Positions 46,893-55,226 of a stretch of 64,000 nucleotides of DNA are shown here, one piece after another. Origin of the DNA: Escherichia phage vB_EcoM_G2248. The notes under the pieces are model-generated. The model ran no database searches, was not told the origin of the DNA, and worked only from the letters and a program-made list of their open reading frames with translations. The stretch lies in the sequence record MK327932.1; one strand, 5' to 3'. Within the stretch, counting starts at the first letter, position 1, and each line of letters starts with the position of its first letter. A program made the position numbers and the translations under genes.

Positions 46893-49037
46893 TTATTCAC
46901 GTCCATTTGTATAGTAGTGTTTGAATCGACCGTAACCAGTTTCAATGGTCATTGTTCTTTGGTGAACAATAGCCCAATAACCGTTACAGGAATCTTGCAG
47001 ATACAAATCTTTACCTTTCATAAACTCATTAAAGATTGTTTTCTGCCAGTCATAATAGACAGAATCTTCAATCTTATCCATCCAACCGTGTGGGTCTTCA
47101 AGCAGTTCAACAAGTTCATCGATAACCCAATACGGACACGGACTAAATCGACCTTTACTAAATTCGTTGAACACAGTAACGGTTTTAGCTTCCGGTCTAG
47201 GTTCATCAGGTTCTTCCGGTCGACGATTAACCACAACCTGAACATATTTTGTATAACCGATAATTTCCCCAGAGTCCAACTCATCGTTATTGTTCTGGTC
47301 AGCAAAAGCAACGAATCTATAGACTCCAGAGTCACCTATAGTAGCATTAACTTTTGTGTATATCGGTGTTTTGGGATCGATAATCGGCAACCGAACACCA
47401 TTTTTACTAAACTCATACGTTGGAACGTATGTAGAAGGAGGATTTAATGTCGTTGCTTCTAATGTCAAAGTATCCCCTTCCATAATCTGTACAGGATGAG
47501 GTCCGTCAAATTCCATATTAGGAACAACTTCAACATTATAGGTTGCACGCCCTGCAATATCATAATCATGATGCGCACTATATGGGTCTACACTAGGACT
47601 ATCTCTATATTCATGCGCCCAAATGCCATTATGTTCACGATCCGCAGAGTCAGTAATTTTATACTCTTTAGCCTCAATTGGTAGTTCGGTCACAAAAACA
47701 TCATTTTTTGTTATAACCAAAGAACGAGTTTGAGTAAAATCGCTACTTGCGGGTGGCTCTGGATCGACGATCTTAATAACAATAGGTTCACCAACCTCAA
47801 TATTTCGATAATCGTATTCTTTGTCATAAATGTCAAGCATACGACGGTCGTAAAATAATGGCCTTCCTTTATTGAGGTCATATGCACCATCTTGATTAGA
47901 AGGGGCAACTAGTAATTGTAAAGCAACGCTATTATCATACTGCAAGTCCGATAAAGTAATTCGGTCATAACCTTCATCGCCATATTTTTTGCTTTGTAGA
48001 GTTTTACCACCCAACATCCACGTAAAATAAACATTATTATTAATCAAACTATAATGTCGATTCCACGTATTATCGGATGTTACTAATGGCATATCTAGAT
48101 TGACGGTGGACCCAGAAGGATAACGAAATTCAACGGAATTAAAATCACGATCAAAAAATTCATTGTCTTTGATTGTTACCGTGAATCTATGACGATCACC
48201 ATCAATATATGCTGTCCCTTCTCTGGTTTCACTTGCGGCCTTATATGCACGAACCAAAGCAACATAAACACCCGCATCGGTTTCTTGAGCATGTTTCGTT
48301 ACAAACAGAGTCCTGTCTGTAGATTCATAAATTAAGCTACCATCTTCTCTTTCCAGACGATAACGGACAACGGTATATTCATCATTGGCGGGAGAATCGT
48401 CTGTCACCGTAAAATAGACAGGAGCATATTTCTGTGCGTTAAAAATTTCCGCGCTTTCCTGAATGGTGGCCTCAAACGGATAAACAAATTTCACGTCACC
48501 CGCTTCATCGCTAAGTTCCATTCTATATGTGCCAGAAAATTCAGGCCATGCAAATTTTGCAATTTTAAATTCACGATGGTCTAAACCAAGATCCCCGTCA
48601 ATAGTATCAACAAGACCGTCATTATAATAAAGGTCGATAGAAATGTTTTCTGGGATATGAATACGAAAAACAATTTTAGCCTTTATTTCGTCACCAACCA
48701 CAAAGGAAGTTGGAGGATATACATATTCAACATACTGATTATCAAATAATTCAAATGTGAAATTTTCCGTGCCGATATCAACGGATTCACCAGCAAAATC
48801 ATTATCATCTTGGGCATAGCCACGAACATTAACAGACCATCCTGTTTTATCGCTTTCTTTCACAGATTTTAATTCAAAAGACGGTGTATCGGTTGTAGCA
48901 ACAACCACCCCACCTTTTTTCCAAACATAACCTTTTTTCGGTTTAGTTGGATCATCTGATTCGGCAGCAATTGAGCACGCGAACGTATGAGGAAGCCAAA
49001 TGGTTGTGTTAATGCTAGTATCTTTTACTTCTGGCAT
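46893..49037 (-). CDS. large beta-rich protein, function unknown
   Basis: 714 aa; strong SD GGGGGAA; repetitive beta-strand-like segments and distinct C-terminal domain; followed by terminator 46856-46883. Confidence 0.55.
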   Translation of the reverse strand: MPEVKDTSINTTIWLPHTFACSIAAESDDPTKPKKGYVWKKGGVVVATTDTPSFELKSVKESDKTGWSVNVRGYAQDDNDFAGESVDIGTENFTFELFDNQYVEYVYPPTSFVVGDEIKAKIVFRIHIPENISIDLYYNDGLVDTIDGDLGLDHREFKIAKFAWPEFSGTYRMELSDEAGDVKFVYPFEATIQESAEIFNAQKYAPVYFTVTDDSPANDEYTVVRYRLEREDGSLIYESTDRTLFVTKHAQETDAGVYVALVRAYKAASETREGTAYIDGDRHRFTVTIKDNEFFDRDFNSVEFRYPSGSTVNLDMPLVTSDNTWNRHYSLINNNVYFTWMLGGKTLQSKKYGDEGYDRITLSDLQYDNSVALQLLVAPSNQDGAYDLNKGRPLFYDRRMLDIYDKEYDYRNIEVGEPIVIKIVDPEPPASSDFTQTRSLVITKNDVFVTELPIEAKEYKITDSADREHNGIWAHEYRDSPSVDPYSAHHDYDIAGRATYNVEVVPNMEFDGPHPVQIMEGDTLTLEATTLNPPSTYVPTYEFSKNGVRLPIIDPKTPIYTKVNATIGDSGVYRFVAFADQNNNDELDSGEIIGYTKYVQVVVNRRPEEPDEPRPEAKTVTVFNEFSKGRFSPCPYWVIDELVELLEDPHGWMDKIEDSVYYDWQKTIFNEFMKGKDLYLQDSCNGYWAIVHQRTMTIETGYGRFKHYYTNGRE

Positions 49038-49059
49038 GTATTCCCCCTTGTGACTGGCA

Positions 49060-49458
49060 TTAAGCCAGTCGAGTGAGTTTATAAATGGTTTTAAAGCATA
49101 GAGCTTTGATATCGTCTAAAACGCTCTGTAACGAGCTATCAACATCATTATAAATCTCACTAGCCATTTGCGTTAACTCTTGCAAATAGGCAATTTCGCT
49201 AATCTCCTTGCGGACGACCAACGTTGGTTGATAACGACCAGTGATCCCAATATTGGTTTCAGTGAAATTATCAACCAATTCTTGCATTTCAAGATAGAAC
49301 TCTTCTAGCGCCTTATGTTTTGCATAAGAACCAGGACCAGTCACCCCAAAATGCGCAGAATGCATATAAGTAACACTCATCAGACATTCACCGATAAAGC
49401 GGTCAACTTTATTAGCTTTCCCGTCTTCGGACGTCTTTCGAAAATCACTGAATTTCAT
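49060..49458 (-). CDS. hypothetical protein, possibly ferritin/Dps-like
   Basis: start at internal ATG with GGAG SD (MKFSDF...); HSAHFGVTGPGSYAKHKALEEFY resembles the Dps H-x12-H ferroxidase helix. Confidence 0.35.
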   Translation of the reverse strand: MKFSDFRKTSEDGKANKVDRFIGECLMSVTYMHSAHFGVTGPGSYAKHKALEEFYLEMQELVDNFTETNIGITGRYQPTLVVRKEISEIAYLQELTQMASEIYNDVDSSLQSVLDDIKALCFKTIYKLTRLA

Positions 49459-49747
49459 GTTCTCGATTCTCCATATTATGCAACATAACAAATTGGTTTG
49501 CGGCATATTCCCCCATAATAAAACACTGCTTAGAGTCCATACATTTACTACGAGCGTACATCTTCATAATGTGGGCATGAAATTTCTGGCTGGTTTCAAT
49601 GGAAGGAGATATTTTGTTTACATATACTATCATCGCACCGTCGAAATAATCAGTAAAGTCACCAGTTAGATCATATTGATCAGCACTGACACTTCCGACC
49701 GCTGTCAAGCATATTGCCGTTGTTAGAGTTTTACGAATAAATGACAT
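49445..49747 (-). CDS. small secreted protein (signal peptide)
   Basis: 100 aa; N-terminal MSFIRKTLTTAICLTAVGSVSA; late-promoter motif TATAAATA about 33 nt upstream. Confidence 0.5.
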   Translation of the reverse strand: MSFIRKTLTTAICLTAVGSVSADQYDLTGDFTDYFDGAMIVYVNKISPSIETSQKFHAHIMKMYARSKCMDSKQCFIMGEYAANQFVMLHNMENREHEIQ

Positions 49748-49780
49748 GAGTCATTCCCCCAGATTGAAAATATTCAGTTA

Positions 49781-49788
49781 TATTTATA
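49781..49788 (-). promoter_or_regulatory. candidate T4-type late promoter (TATAAATA)
   Basis: minus-sense TATAAATA about 33 nt upstream of the ATG of the secreted-protein gene 49445-49747. Confidence 0.35.
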
Positions 49789-49815
49789 ATCTGGGGCTTT
49801 ATTTATGATTAACTC

Positions 49816-50412
49816 TTAGTTGGTAGTGCCGTCAATAAAATGTTTACGGCACACAGAAACATATTTATCCTCTGCACCAACTTCTATTTGAGCACCATCG
49901 CGAACAACATTACCCTCTTTATCTACACGAAGGACCATAGTTGCTTTCTTACCGCAATGACAAATACCCTTCATTTCGACCAGTTTATCAGCAAATGCCA
50001 TCAATGCCGCAGATCCTTCAAATAGATTGCCCTGAAAGTCGGTGCGAAGCCCATAACACAAAACAGGGATATTGGCATCATCAACCAGTGCACACAAGCC
50101 TAAAACATGCTCTTTAGTCATAAATTGGGCTTCATCTACAAACACAGCAGCAGGACGCCAGCGATCTGGTCTACGCTTACCTAGTGATTCACGATAAACC
50201 AAATCGAAAAGATCATCTGATTTAGTGAATGTGATCGCTGGAGCACTTAGACCAATTCGGGAAACAACTTCACTCTCTGAATCTCGATTATCAATCGCTG
50301 GCTTAAGAATCAATACTCGCATATCACGTTCGGTATAGTTATAAGCACTTTGTAACAGAGAAGTTGATTTGCCAGCGTTCATAGATGCATAGTAGAAATA
50401 TAATTGCGCCAT
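49816..50412 (-). CDS. tk: thymidine kinase
   Basis: 198 aa; P-loop SMNAGKST and C-terminal zinc ribbon CHCG...CRKH. Confidence 0.9.
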   Translation of the reverse strand: MAQLYFYYASMNAGKSTSLLQSAYNYTERDMRVLILKPAIDNRDSESEVVSRIGLSAPAITFTKSDDLFDLVYRESLGKRRPDRWRPAAVFVDEAQFMTKEHVLGLCALVDDANIPVLCYGLRTDFQGNLFEGSAALMAFADKLVEMKGICHCGKKATMVLRVDKEGNVVRDGAQIEVGAEDKYVSVCRKHFIDGTTN

Positions 50413-50705
50413 TAATTAATCTCCAAAAATCCAACAAGACCTAAACCGATATAAGTCCAGATACCAATGAAAAAGATGTTAATGCTCATGGCAAGGATAA
50501 ACCCTTTCAGAGTTTTGGGATACCCGACCCAATATTCCAGACCATCTTCTAACCGGATCAACTTATTGCCTTGCGAGTCCATATCAACTACAACATGTTT
50601 ATTTCGAGATTGCAATAGATATTGTTTTACAATCTCTACACCCGCCATAATAACAATAACGAAAATAAAAGTCCACACAACAAGATTAATGATAGTCTCA
50701 AGCAT
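50412..50705 (-). CDS. small membrane protein
   Basis: 97 aa, two hydrophobic segments. Confidence 0.45.
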   Translation of the reverse strand: MLETIINLVVWTFIFVIVIMAGVEIVKQYLLQSRNKHVVVDMDSQGNKLIRLEDGLEYWVGYPKTLKGFILAMSINIFFIGIWTYIGLGLVGFLEIN

Positions 50706-50940
50706 TTTCTATCACCTCCACCCAATCAGGTGTTTCCTGAAAGACTCCTTCACCTTCATGATGGTCGCAACCTTTATTGCTGCAATACATCCACCAATCC
50801 CACATTCCCCACGGTAAACGCTGCATATCGTCGTTACAGCAAGTGAATACAATAGGCCAACCACATCTACCACAACGGCAGTTTTCCTTCATGTGAGCGG
50901 TATTAGGCTTCTTCATAGATGACTCCAATATAATCGACAT
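50698..50940 (-). CDS. Cys-rich zinc-ribbon-like protein
   Basis: 80 aa; CRCGRCG...CCND...CSNKGC. Confidence 0.4.
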   Translation of the reverse strand: MSIILESSMKKPNTAHMKENCRCGRCGWPIVFTCCNDDMQRLPWGMWDWWMYCSNKGCDHHEGEGVFQETPDWVEVIENA

Positions 50941-51143
50941 TTACATTTAGGGCAATGCGGTTCTTTAATATAATACCCGTCTGTCTTTGGAACACTAACA
51001 GGAGCGGTTTTTATATTGTATTCAGTGAAACAACGAAAACAAGTTACGTTTTCTACAGACTGACGTTTCACCCAATCACCGGAATAGAGATCATTTTTAT
51101 TTGTCATATTCCACCACCACAATGTTAATGTCTGGAGTGGCAA
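50913..51143 (-). CDS. Cys-rich zinc-ribbon-like protein
   Basis: 76 aa; CFRCF...CPKCKC. Confidence 0.4.
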   Translation of the reverse strand: MPLQTLTLWWWNMTNKNDLYSGDWVKRQSVENVTCFRCFTEYNIKTAPVSVPKTDGYYIKEPHCPKCKCRLYWSHL

Positions 51144-51552
51144 TATTAATGATTTCTTCTACACATTCCCACTCAAGGCCACCGATACCGCAACCGATTT
51201 TAGGAATATAGAAAGGCTGTATAGCACCTTCAAAAACATCATTGAGAGCCTCAAATCCTTTCAGGATAGCACCATATTCAGCATTTGGACCCGGTCGGAA
51301 TTGGGTATAGAGATTAACCCCGCACCAATTATAACCATTAACTTGATGCGTCCAGACACTAAACCCACCCAGCTTTTCGACCTTACCGCGAGAAGTTTGC
51401 TTGTCAATCTCTAACGCTTGCGGGAACTCTTTCGCGATCTTCGCAGCAATACCAGCGCCCATAGTATGAAAACAATTACAACCATGAATTAAATGACCTT
51501 TTCCTTGTTTAAACAGGGCGATGAGATCGCCCTTTACAGTATCAATAATCAT
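51097..51552 (-). CDS. macro domain protein (ADP-ribose binding/hydrolase fold)
   Basis: 151 aa; VKGDL...HGCNCFHTMGAGIAAKI and IPKIGCGIGGLEWE resemble macro-domain glycine-rich loops. Confidence 0.6.
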   Translation of the reverse strand: MIIDTVKGDLIALFKQGKGHLIHGCNCFHTMGAGIAAKIAKEFPQALEIDKQTSRGKVEKLGGFSVWTHQVNGYNWCGVNLYTQFRPGPNAEYGAILKGFEALNDVFEGAIQPFYIPKIGCGIGGLEWECVEEIINIATPDINIVVVEYDK

Positions 51553-51567
51553 AATATAAACCTCTCA

Positions 51568-51927
51568 TTAGTCACGGGAAGACAACCCAGCCATAAAACG
51601 GCTTAACAGTGTGTCGCGATAAGCAAAGCATAATTGCTTATCAGGGGCAGTATCACACAGGTTGCGTTTTGTTTTAGCAAAGCTGGCAATACTCAGATCC
51701 CATGCTCGATTTTTTCGTTTTTCGTCTCGACCTTGTTTGTATGCTTCATCAAGTTCGAGCGCGATAAAATCACTACACATGTTATCATCATCACAGAAAG
51801 TTTTAATGATCTTTTTGTTGATCTCAAATCCTTTGTATTCGAACTTTGGATAATGGCGCTCATTACTAGCAAGCGCACCAGCCGATAACATCATAGCAAT
51901 CATAGCAATTATTGTCAACTTTTTCAT
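51568..51927 (-). CDS. small secreted protein (signal peptide)
   Basis: 119 aa; N-terminal MKKLTIIAMIAMMLSAGALA. Confidence 0.5.
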   Translation of the reverse strand: MKKLTIIAMIAMMLSAGALASNERHYPKFEYKGFEINKKIIKTFCDDDNMCSDFIALELDEAYKQGRDEKRKNRAWDLSIASFAKTKRNLCDTAPDKQLCFAYRDTLLSRFMAGLSSRD

Positions 51928-51934
51928 ATATTCC

Positions 51935-52525
51935 TCAATAGCGTTTAGTCTTAAGAATGCCTTTACTCTTTAGATGGTTGGCCTTTTTTAGTACGTCATC
52001 AGCATAACCTAATCCGGCTTTATAGTTCCATCCAGCATTGTAAGAAGCTAGCGCGAGTCGGATATTACCGTTTCGAACATCCAGCCAGTATGCTAACTCA
52101 TCCATCGCGTAGAATGCAGAAACCTCGCGATTCATGATAAAGTTGATAGTCTGGCGATCACTCATTTTAACACCGCGCTTTGCATTTTTCGCTTTCACCG
52201 TTTTAAGGTAATTTTGAAATAATCCATAAGCATGATGATTTTTCTTTGGTGCTAAGTTTGCACCCGCGCTTGATTCTTGCCATGCGATACCCGCCAGGAT
52301 GTGGCCTAAACCCTTTCCGTCATAGCGAATATTCGGATGGTCATTTTTCAACTTACCGCTTTTCTCGAATTGTTCGCCATATTGATAGGCGAAATGTAAA
52401 TTATCTAGTTGGTGTGCTGTAAAGTTGTCTATCGGCGCTTTTTTGATCGGTGCGCTAGTCGATGCGTGTGTAGCACCAACGGCTAGTGACAGACTCAATA
52501 CTATCGCTTTTAGAACTTTTAACAT
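51935..52525 (-). CDS. secreted lytic transglycosylase (SLT domain)
   Basis: 196 aa; signal peptide; SLT catalytic motif GIAWQESS and AYNAGWN. Confidence 0.65.
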   Translation of the reverse strand: MLKVLKAIVLSLSLAVGATHASTSAPIKKAPIDNFTAHQLDNLHFAYQYGEQFEKSGKLKNDHPNIRYDGKGLGHILAGIAWQESSAGANLAPKKNHHAYGLFQNYLKTVKAKNAKRGVKMSDRQTINFIMNREVSAFYAMDELAYWLDVRNGNIRLALASYNAGWNYKAGLGYADDVLKKANHLKSKGILKTKRY

Positions 52526-52612
52526 TAATTTCTCCTGTTTGGCTTAACTTTCTGATTCCATAATATAGCCCTATCACCAGAAAGTCAAGCATTATTTTTA
52601 ACCAATTTTCCA

Positions 52613-53035
52613 TTATTGGTCTACCTTCAAAACAACCGCCGACATTTTACCCGCCAGTCGTTTTGGATTCTCTATAATCATTCGACAGCATAGACCGTGA
52701 TATGGCTTACCCTCTTCGATTAGATCTACTGTCATCCCGATCCACATGTTGCCGTCAGTAATTTCTAATCGATTAGGTCGGTCTTCCATTTTCAGGAAGT
52801 CGAAGATCTCCGGCAAACGAGTTTCTATCTTATTGAATAATTCCATTGTCTTATGTTCATCGATATGACGATCGGTTAGACGGTCGATCATATGCGGACT
52901 AAAGCGAATGAAAATATACTCACCGTAACCATCATTCAAGCACTTTTCTTTGATCTGCGCATTGGTTTTGCGCATTTCGGTTTCGAAGAATCTACGCAGC
53001 TTACTACGGCGAACATGTACGTTAATTGTTTCCAT
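52613..53035 (-). CDS. regB: RegB endoribonuclease
   Basis: start at internal ATG (METINVHVRRSKLRRFFE...) paralleling T4 RegB; RLEITDGN block. Confidence 0.6.
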   Translation of the reverse strand: METINVHVRRSKLRRFFETEMRKTNAQIKEKCLNDGYGEYIFIRFSPHMIDRLTDRHIDEHKTMELFNKIETRLPEIFDFLKMEDRPNRLEITDGNMWIGMTVDLIEEGKPYHGLCCRMIIENPKRLAGKMSAVVLKVDQ

Positions 53036-53039
53036 TTTA

Positions 53040-53375
53040 TTATCCTTTCTTAAACAAATTGCGAATCCAGTATACAAACGGGATTTCTTTAAACTTGAAT
53101 TTCTCTATAGTTAATTCTTTAGTAGCAAGATGAATACCATAAGCATCATGTGTCACGATATGCCATTTTCTATAGTCCAAATGTGAACAACCGTCTGGAT
53201 CTAGGTTAATAAGAGTTTCTCGCTCACTAGGATTATTTTTCCACAATTTTGTAATAGGATCGCACATAATTCGACCTAGCGTACCATGAATAATCTCACA
53301 ACGGTAAAGTTTTCCAGCAGTGAGATAGGCGCACCCGTCATAGTCGGTATAAACAAACACTTCTTTAATACTCAT
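53040..53375 (-). CDS. hypothetical protein (triplet family, CxHLD...W)
   Basis: track ORF overlaps promoter 53404-53432; ATG at 53373-53375 (MSIKEVF...). Confidence 0.45.
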   Translation of the reverse strand: MSIKEVFVYTDYDGCAYLTAGKLYRCEIIHGTLGRIMCDPITKLWKNNPSERETLINLDPDGCSHLDYRKWHIVTHDAYGIHLATKELTIEKFKFKEIPFVYWIRNLFKKG

Positions 53376-53403
53376 TTTAATACTCCTTTGTTTCGATGGG
53401 GGT

Positions 53404-53432
53404 ATATTACTACCCCCGTTTTGTTGTGTCAA
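53404..53432 (-). promoter_or_regulatory. early promoter cassette, stem-loop enclosing the -10
   Basis: TTGACA-N17-TAATAT within GGGGGTAGTAATATACCCCC. Confidence 0.5.
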
Positions 53433-53693
53433 CTACTTTTTCAAGATTTTTTTAATTGCGTTCCAAAGACCTTTATTCTCAGGTTGTTTTGGTTCTTCGA
53501 TCAGTGTCCATGTTCGACCGTCTAAGTGTGCACAATTTTTAAGACAAATAAAAATCTGGTGTCCCTTATCATCACGGATATAACCACTATTCGCAAATCT
53601 TTCATGTGGTGTATATTCATACAGTGTATTTGGTGTAATATACTTGCGGTTACTATAAGGTGTCATCACATACATCATGGTACTAACTCCCAA
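53433..53693 (-). CDS. hypothetical protein (triplet family)
   Basis: 86 aa; ...GYIRDDKGHQIFICLKNCAHLDGRTW. Confidence 0.45.
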   Translation of the reverse strand: MGVSTMMYVMTPYSNRKYITPNTLYEYTPHERFANSGYIRDDKGHQIFICLKNCAHLDGRTWTLIEEPKQPENKGLWNAIKKILKK

Positions 53694-53869
53694 CGATCAC
53701 CGCGAAGATGAGAACATCCACCATCAAGAAGTATCGTAATACGATAACCTATATCATCTTTGATGTAACCGATTGTCGGTGGATTTTCGTCGTCTCGTGC
53801 CGGGGTAAAATCATACATCTTTCCGGGCGTAATATCTTGTCCTTTATTACTATTGGTATAAACTTGCAT
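53675..53869 (-). CDS. hypothetical protein (triplet family)
   Basis: 64 aa; ...GYIKDDIGYRITILLDGGCSHLRGDRW. Confidence 0.45.
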   Translation of the reverse strand: MQVYTNSNKGQDITPGKMYDFTPARDDENPPTIGYIKDDIGYRITILLDGGCSHLRGDRWELVP

Positions 53870-53890
53870 TTTCTTAATCTCCTATATTAA

Positions 53891-54589
53891 CTAACCACGG
53901 GTATAGTGTTCCAGAACAACGGTCAGATGAATATATTCTAATAGATCTTTCCAAAAGTCAACATCTGGTTCTTCCGGCATACCGTTTTTCTTTGCCTCTT
54001 CACGCGCGAGTTTAACACGCTCGTAGAGATCTTTCAATTCTTCCCGCACATTATCAAAGGTTCTTTCTCCTAACTTACACGCTAAGATAGAAGAACGTCG
54101 CGCGAGCGGGAATTGTAGATCACCAGTTTGATAGATTTCAAGTAGCTGATAACCAACACGCAGAGCATGAGAAAGATCTTTCCAGTTACTGAAATACTTT
54201 TCAGATTTGGCTACCTGTTTCTTGAGATAACCAGACAAACCCCACATACCAACATGATAGAATTTATCGCGATGTGTTCGGATGTATTCCCATTCTCTGG
54301 AGGATTCGATCAACATGTTACTAGGCGCGTGCACCATATCAATAGCGCCGATATCACCTTTACATGCCAGATTGATAAACCGTTTTAGACTGAACATATT
54401 AACGTCAATATCGTCTTTGGTGTTCTTGATACCTTGACCGCTAGTGCTTTGGTCATAGTGTTCTTTCATCGATCCTAAGATAATTTCTTTCGCAGTCGGA
54501 ACAAAGATACCACGATAATCTTTATCGGAATTTTCAGTATCAAGGCCGTATAAGTGAGATCCGAAGACCATTTTAACCATTGTATGCAT
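53891..54589 (-). CDS. nucleotidyltransferase-fold protein (Pol-beta-like minimal NTase)
   Basis: 232 aa; hG[GS]x9-13DxD signature FGSHLYGLDTENSDKD, downstream acidic DIDV, helical C-terminal half. Confidence 0.5.
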   Translation of the reverse strand: MHTMVKMVFGSHLYGLDTENSDKDYRGIFVPTAKEIILGSMKEHYDQSTSGQGIKNTKDDIDVNMFSLKRFINLACKGDIGAIDMVHAPSNMLIESSREWEYIRTHRDKFYHVGMWGLSGYLKKQVAKSEKYFSNWKDLSHALRVGYQLLEIYQTGDLQFPLARRSSILACKLGERTFDNVREELKDLYERVKLAREEAKKNGMPEEPDVDFWKDLLEYIHLTVVLEHYTRG

Positions 54590-54638
54590 AATTAAACCCT
54601 CAGTTGATTAAGAGATTGCATCATATCATCATAAAACG

Positions 54639-54664
54639 AAAAAGCCAACCCTTTTCGGATTGGC
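54639..54664 (-). terminator. rho-independent terminator after the GrcA-like gene
   Basis: hairpin GCCAAUCC-GAAAAG-GGUUGGC + U5. Confidence 0.55.
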
Positions 54665-54675
54665 TTGATGAAAAA

Positions 54676-55092
54676 TTAGAGAGATTCGGTAAAGGTACGA
54701 GCGATAACATCACGTTGCTGGTCTGGAGTCAGACTATTGAAGCGCACTGCGTAACCAGAAACGCGAATTGTAAGCTGCGGGTACTTCTCAGGATTAGCAA
54801 CAGCATCCAGAAGAAGGTCGCGACTCATCACATTGATATTCGCGTGCTGACCACCTTCGACAACCGGAGCACCATTATCTACAATCACCGGACGGAAGCT
54901 AGTTGTGTGCAGTGCCAGCGAATCGACGTCTTCTTCGGTGATCACATGGTCTTCTGCGAAAGTTTTACTAACAATTACTTTAGCGCCGATCAGTGCTTTC
55001 GGTTCGGATACCAAAATCATAGGCGCGAAGTGTCCACCGATAATAGTACCTTTATGCTCACCTTTCATGATTTGAATTGCTTTAAATTCCAT
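54676..55092 (-). CDS. autonomous glycyl radical cofactor (GrcA/YfiD-like)
   Basis: 138 aa; C-terminal glycyl-radical signature [32 protein letters not shown]. Confidence 0.8.
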   Translation of the reverse strand: MEFKAIQIMKGEHKGTIIGGHFAPMILVSEPKALIGAKVIVSKTFAEDHVITEEDVDSLALHTTSFRPVIVDNGAPVVEGGQHANINVMSRDLLLDAVANPEKYPQLTIRVSGYAVRFNSLTPDQQRDVIARTFTESL

Positions 55093-55226
55093 AATTCACC
55101 TCTTATAGATCAGGACGTTCGTCATTAATTTTACCAACCAAAACACCATAGAGTTTATCAGGTTGGATTTTACGATTCTTTTTAATTGTAGCACGAAATC
55201 GACGAGCTACGCTATCTTTATTTTCA

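Noticed and set aside
54676-55092. denV (endonuclease V) assignment for the 138-aa ORF
   Set aside because: Length matches T4 denV but the sequence carries the glycyl-radical signature of GrcA-type proteins; no denV-like gene seen in the window
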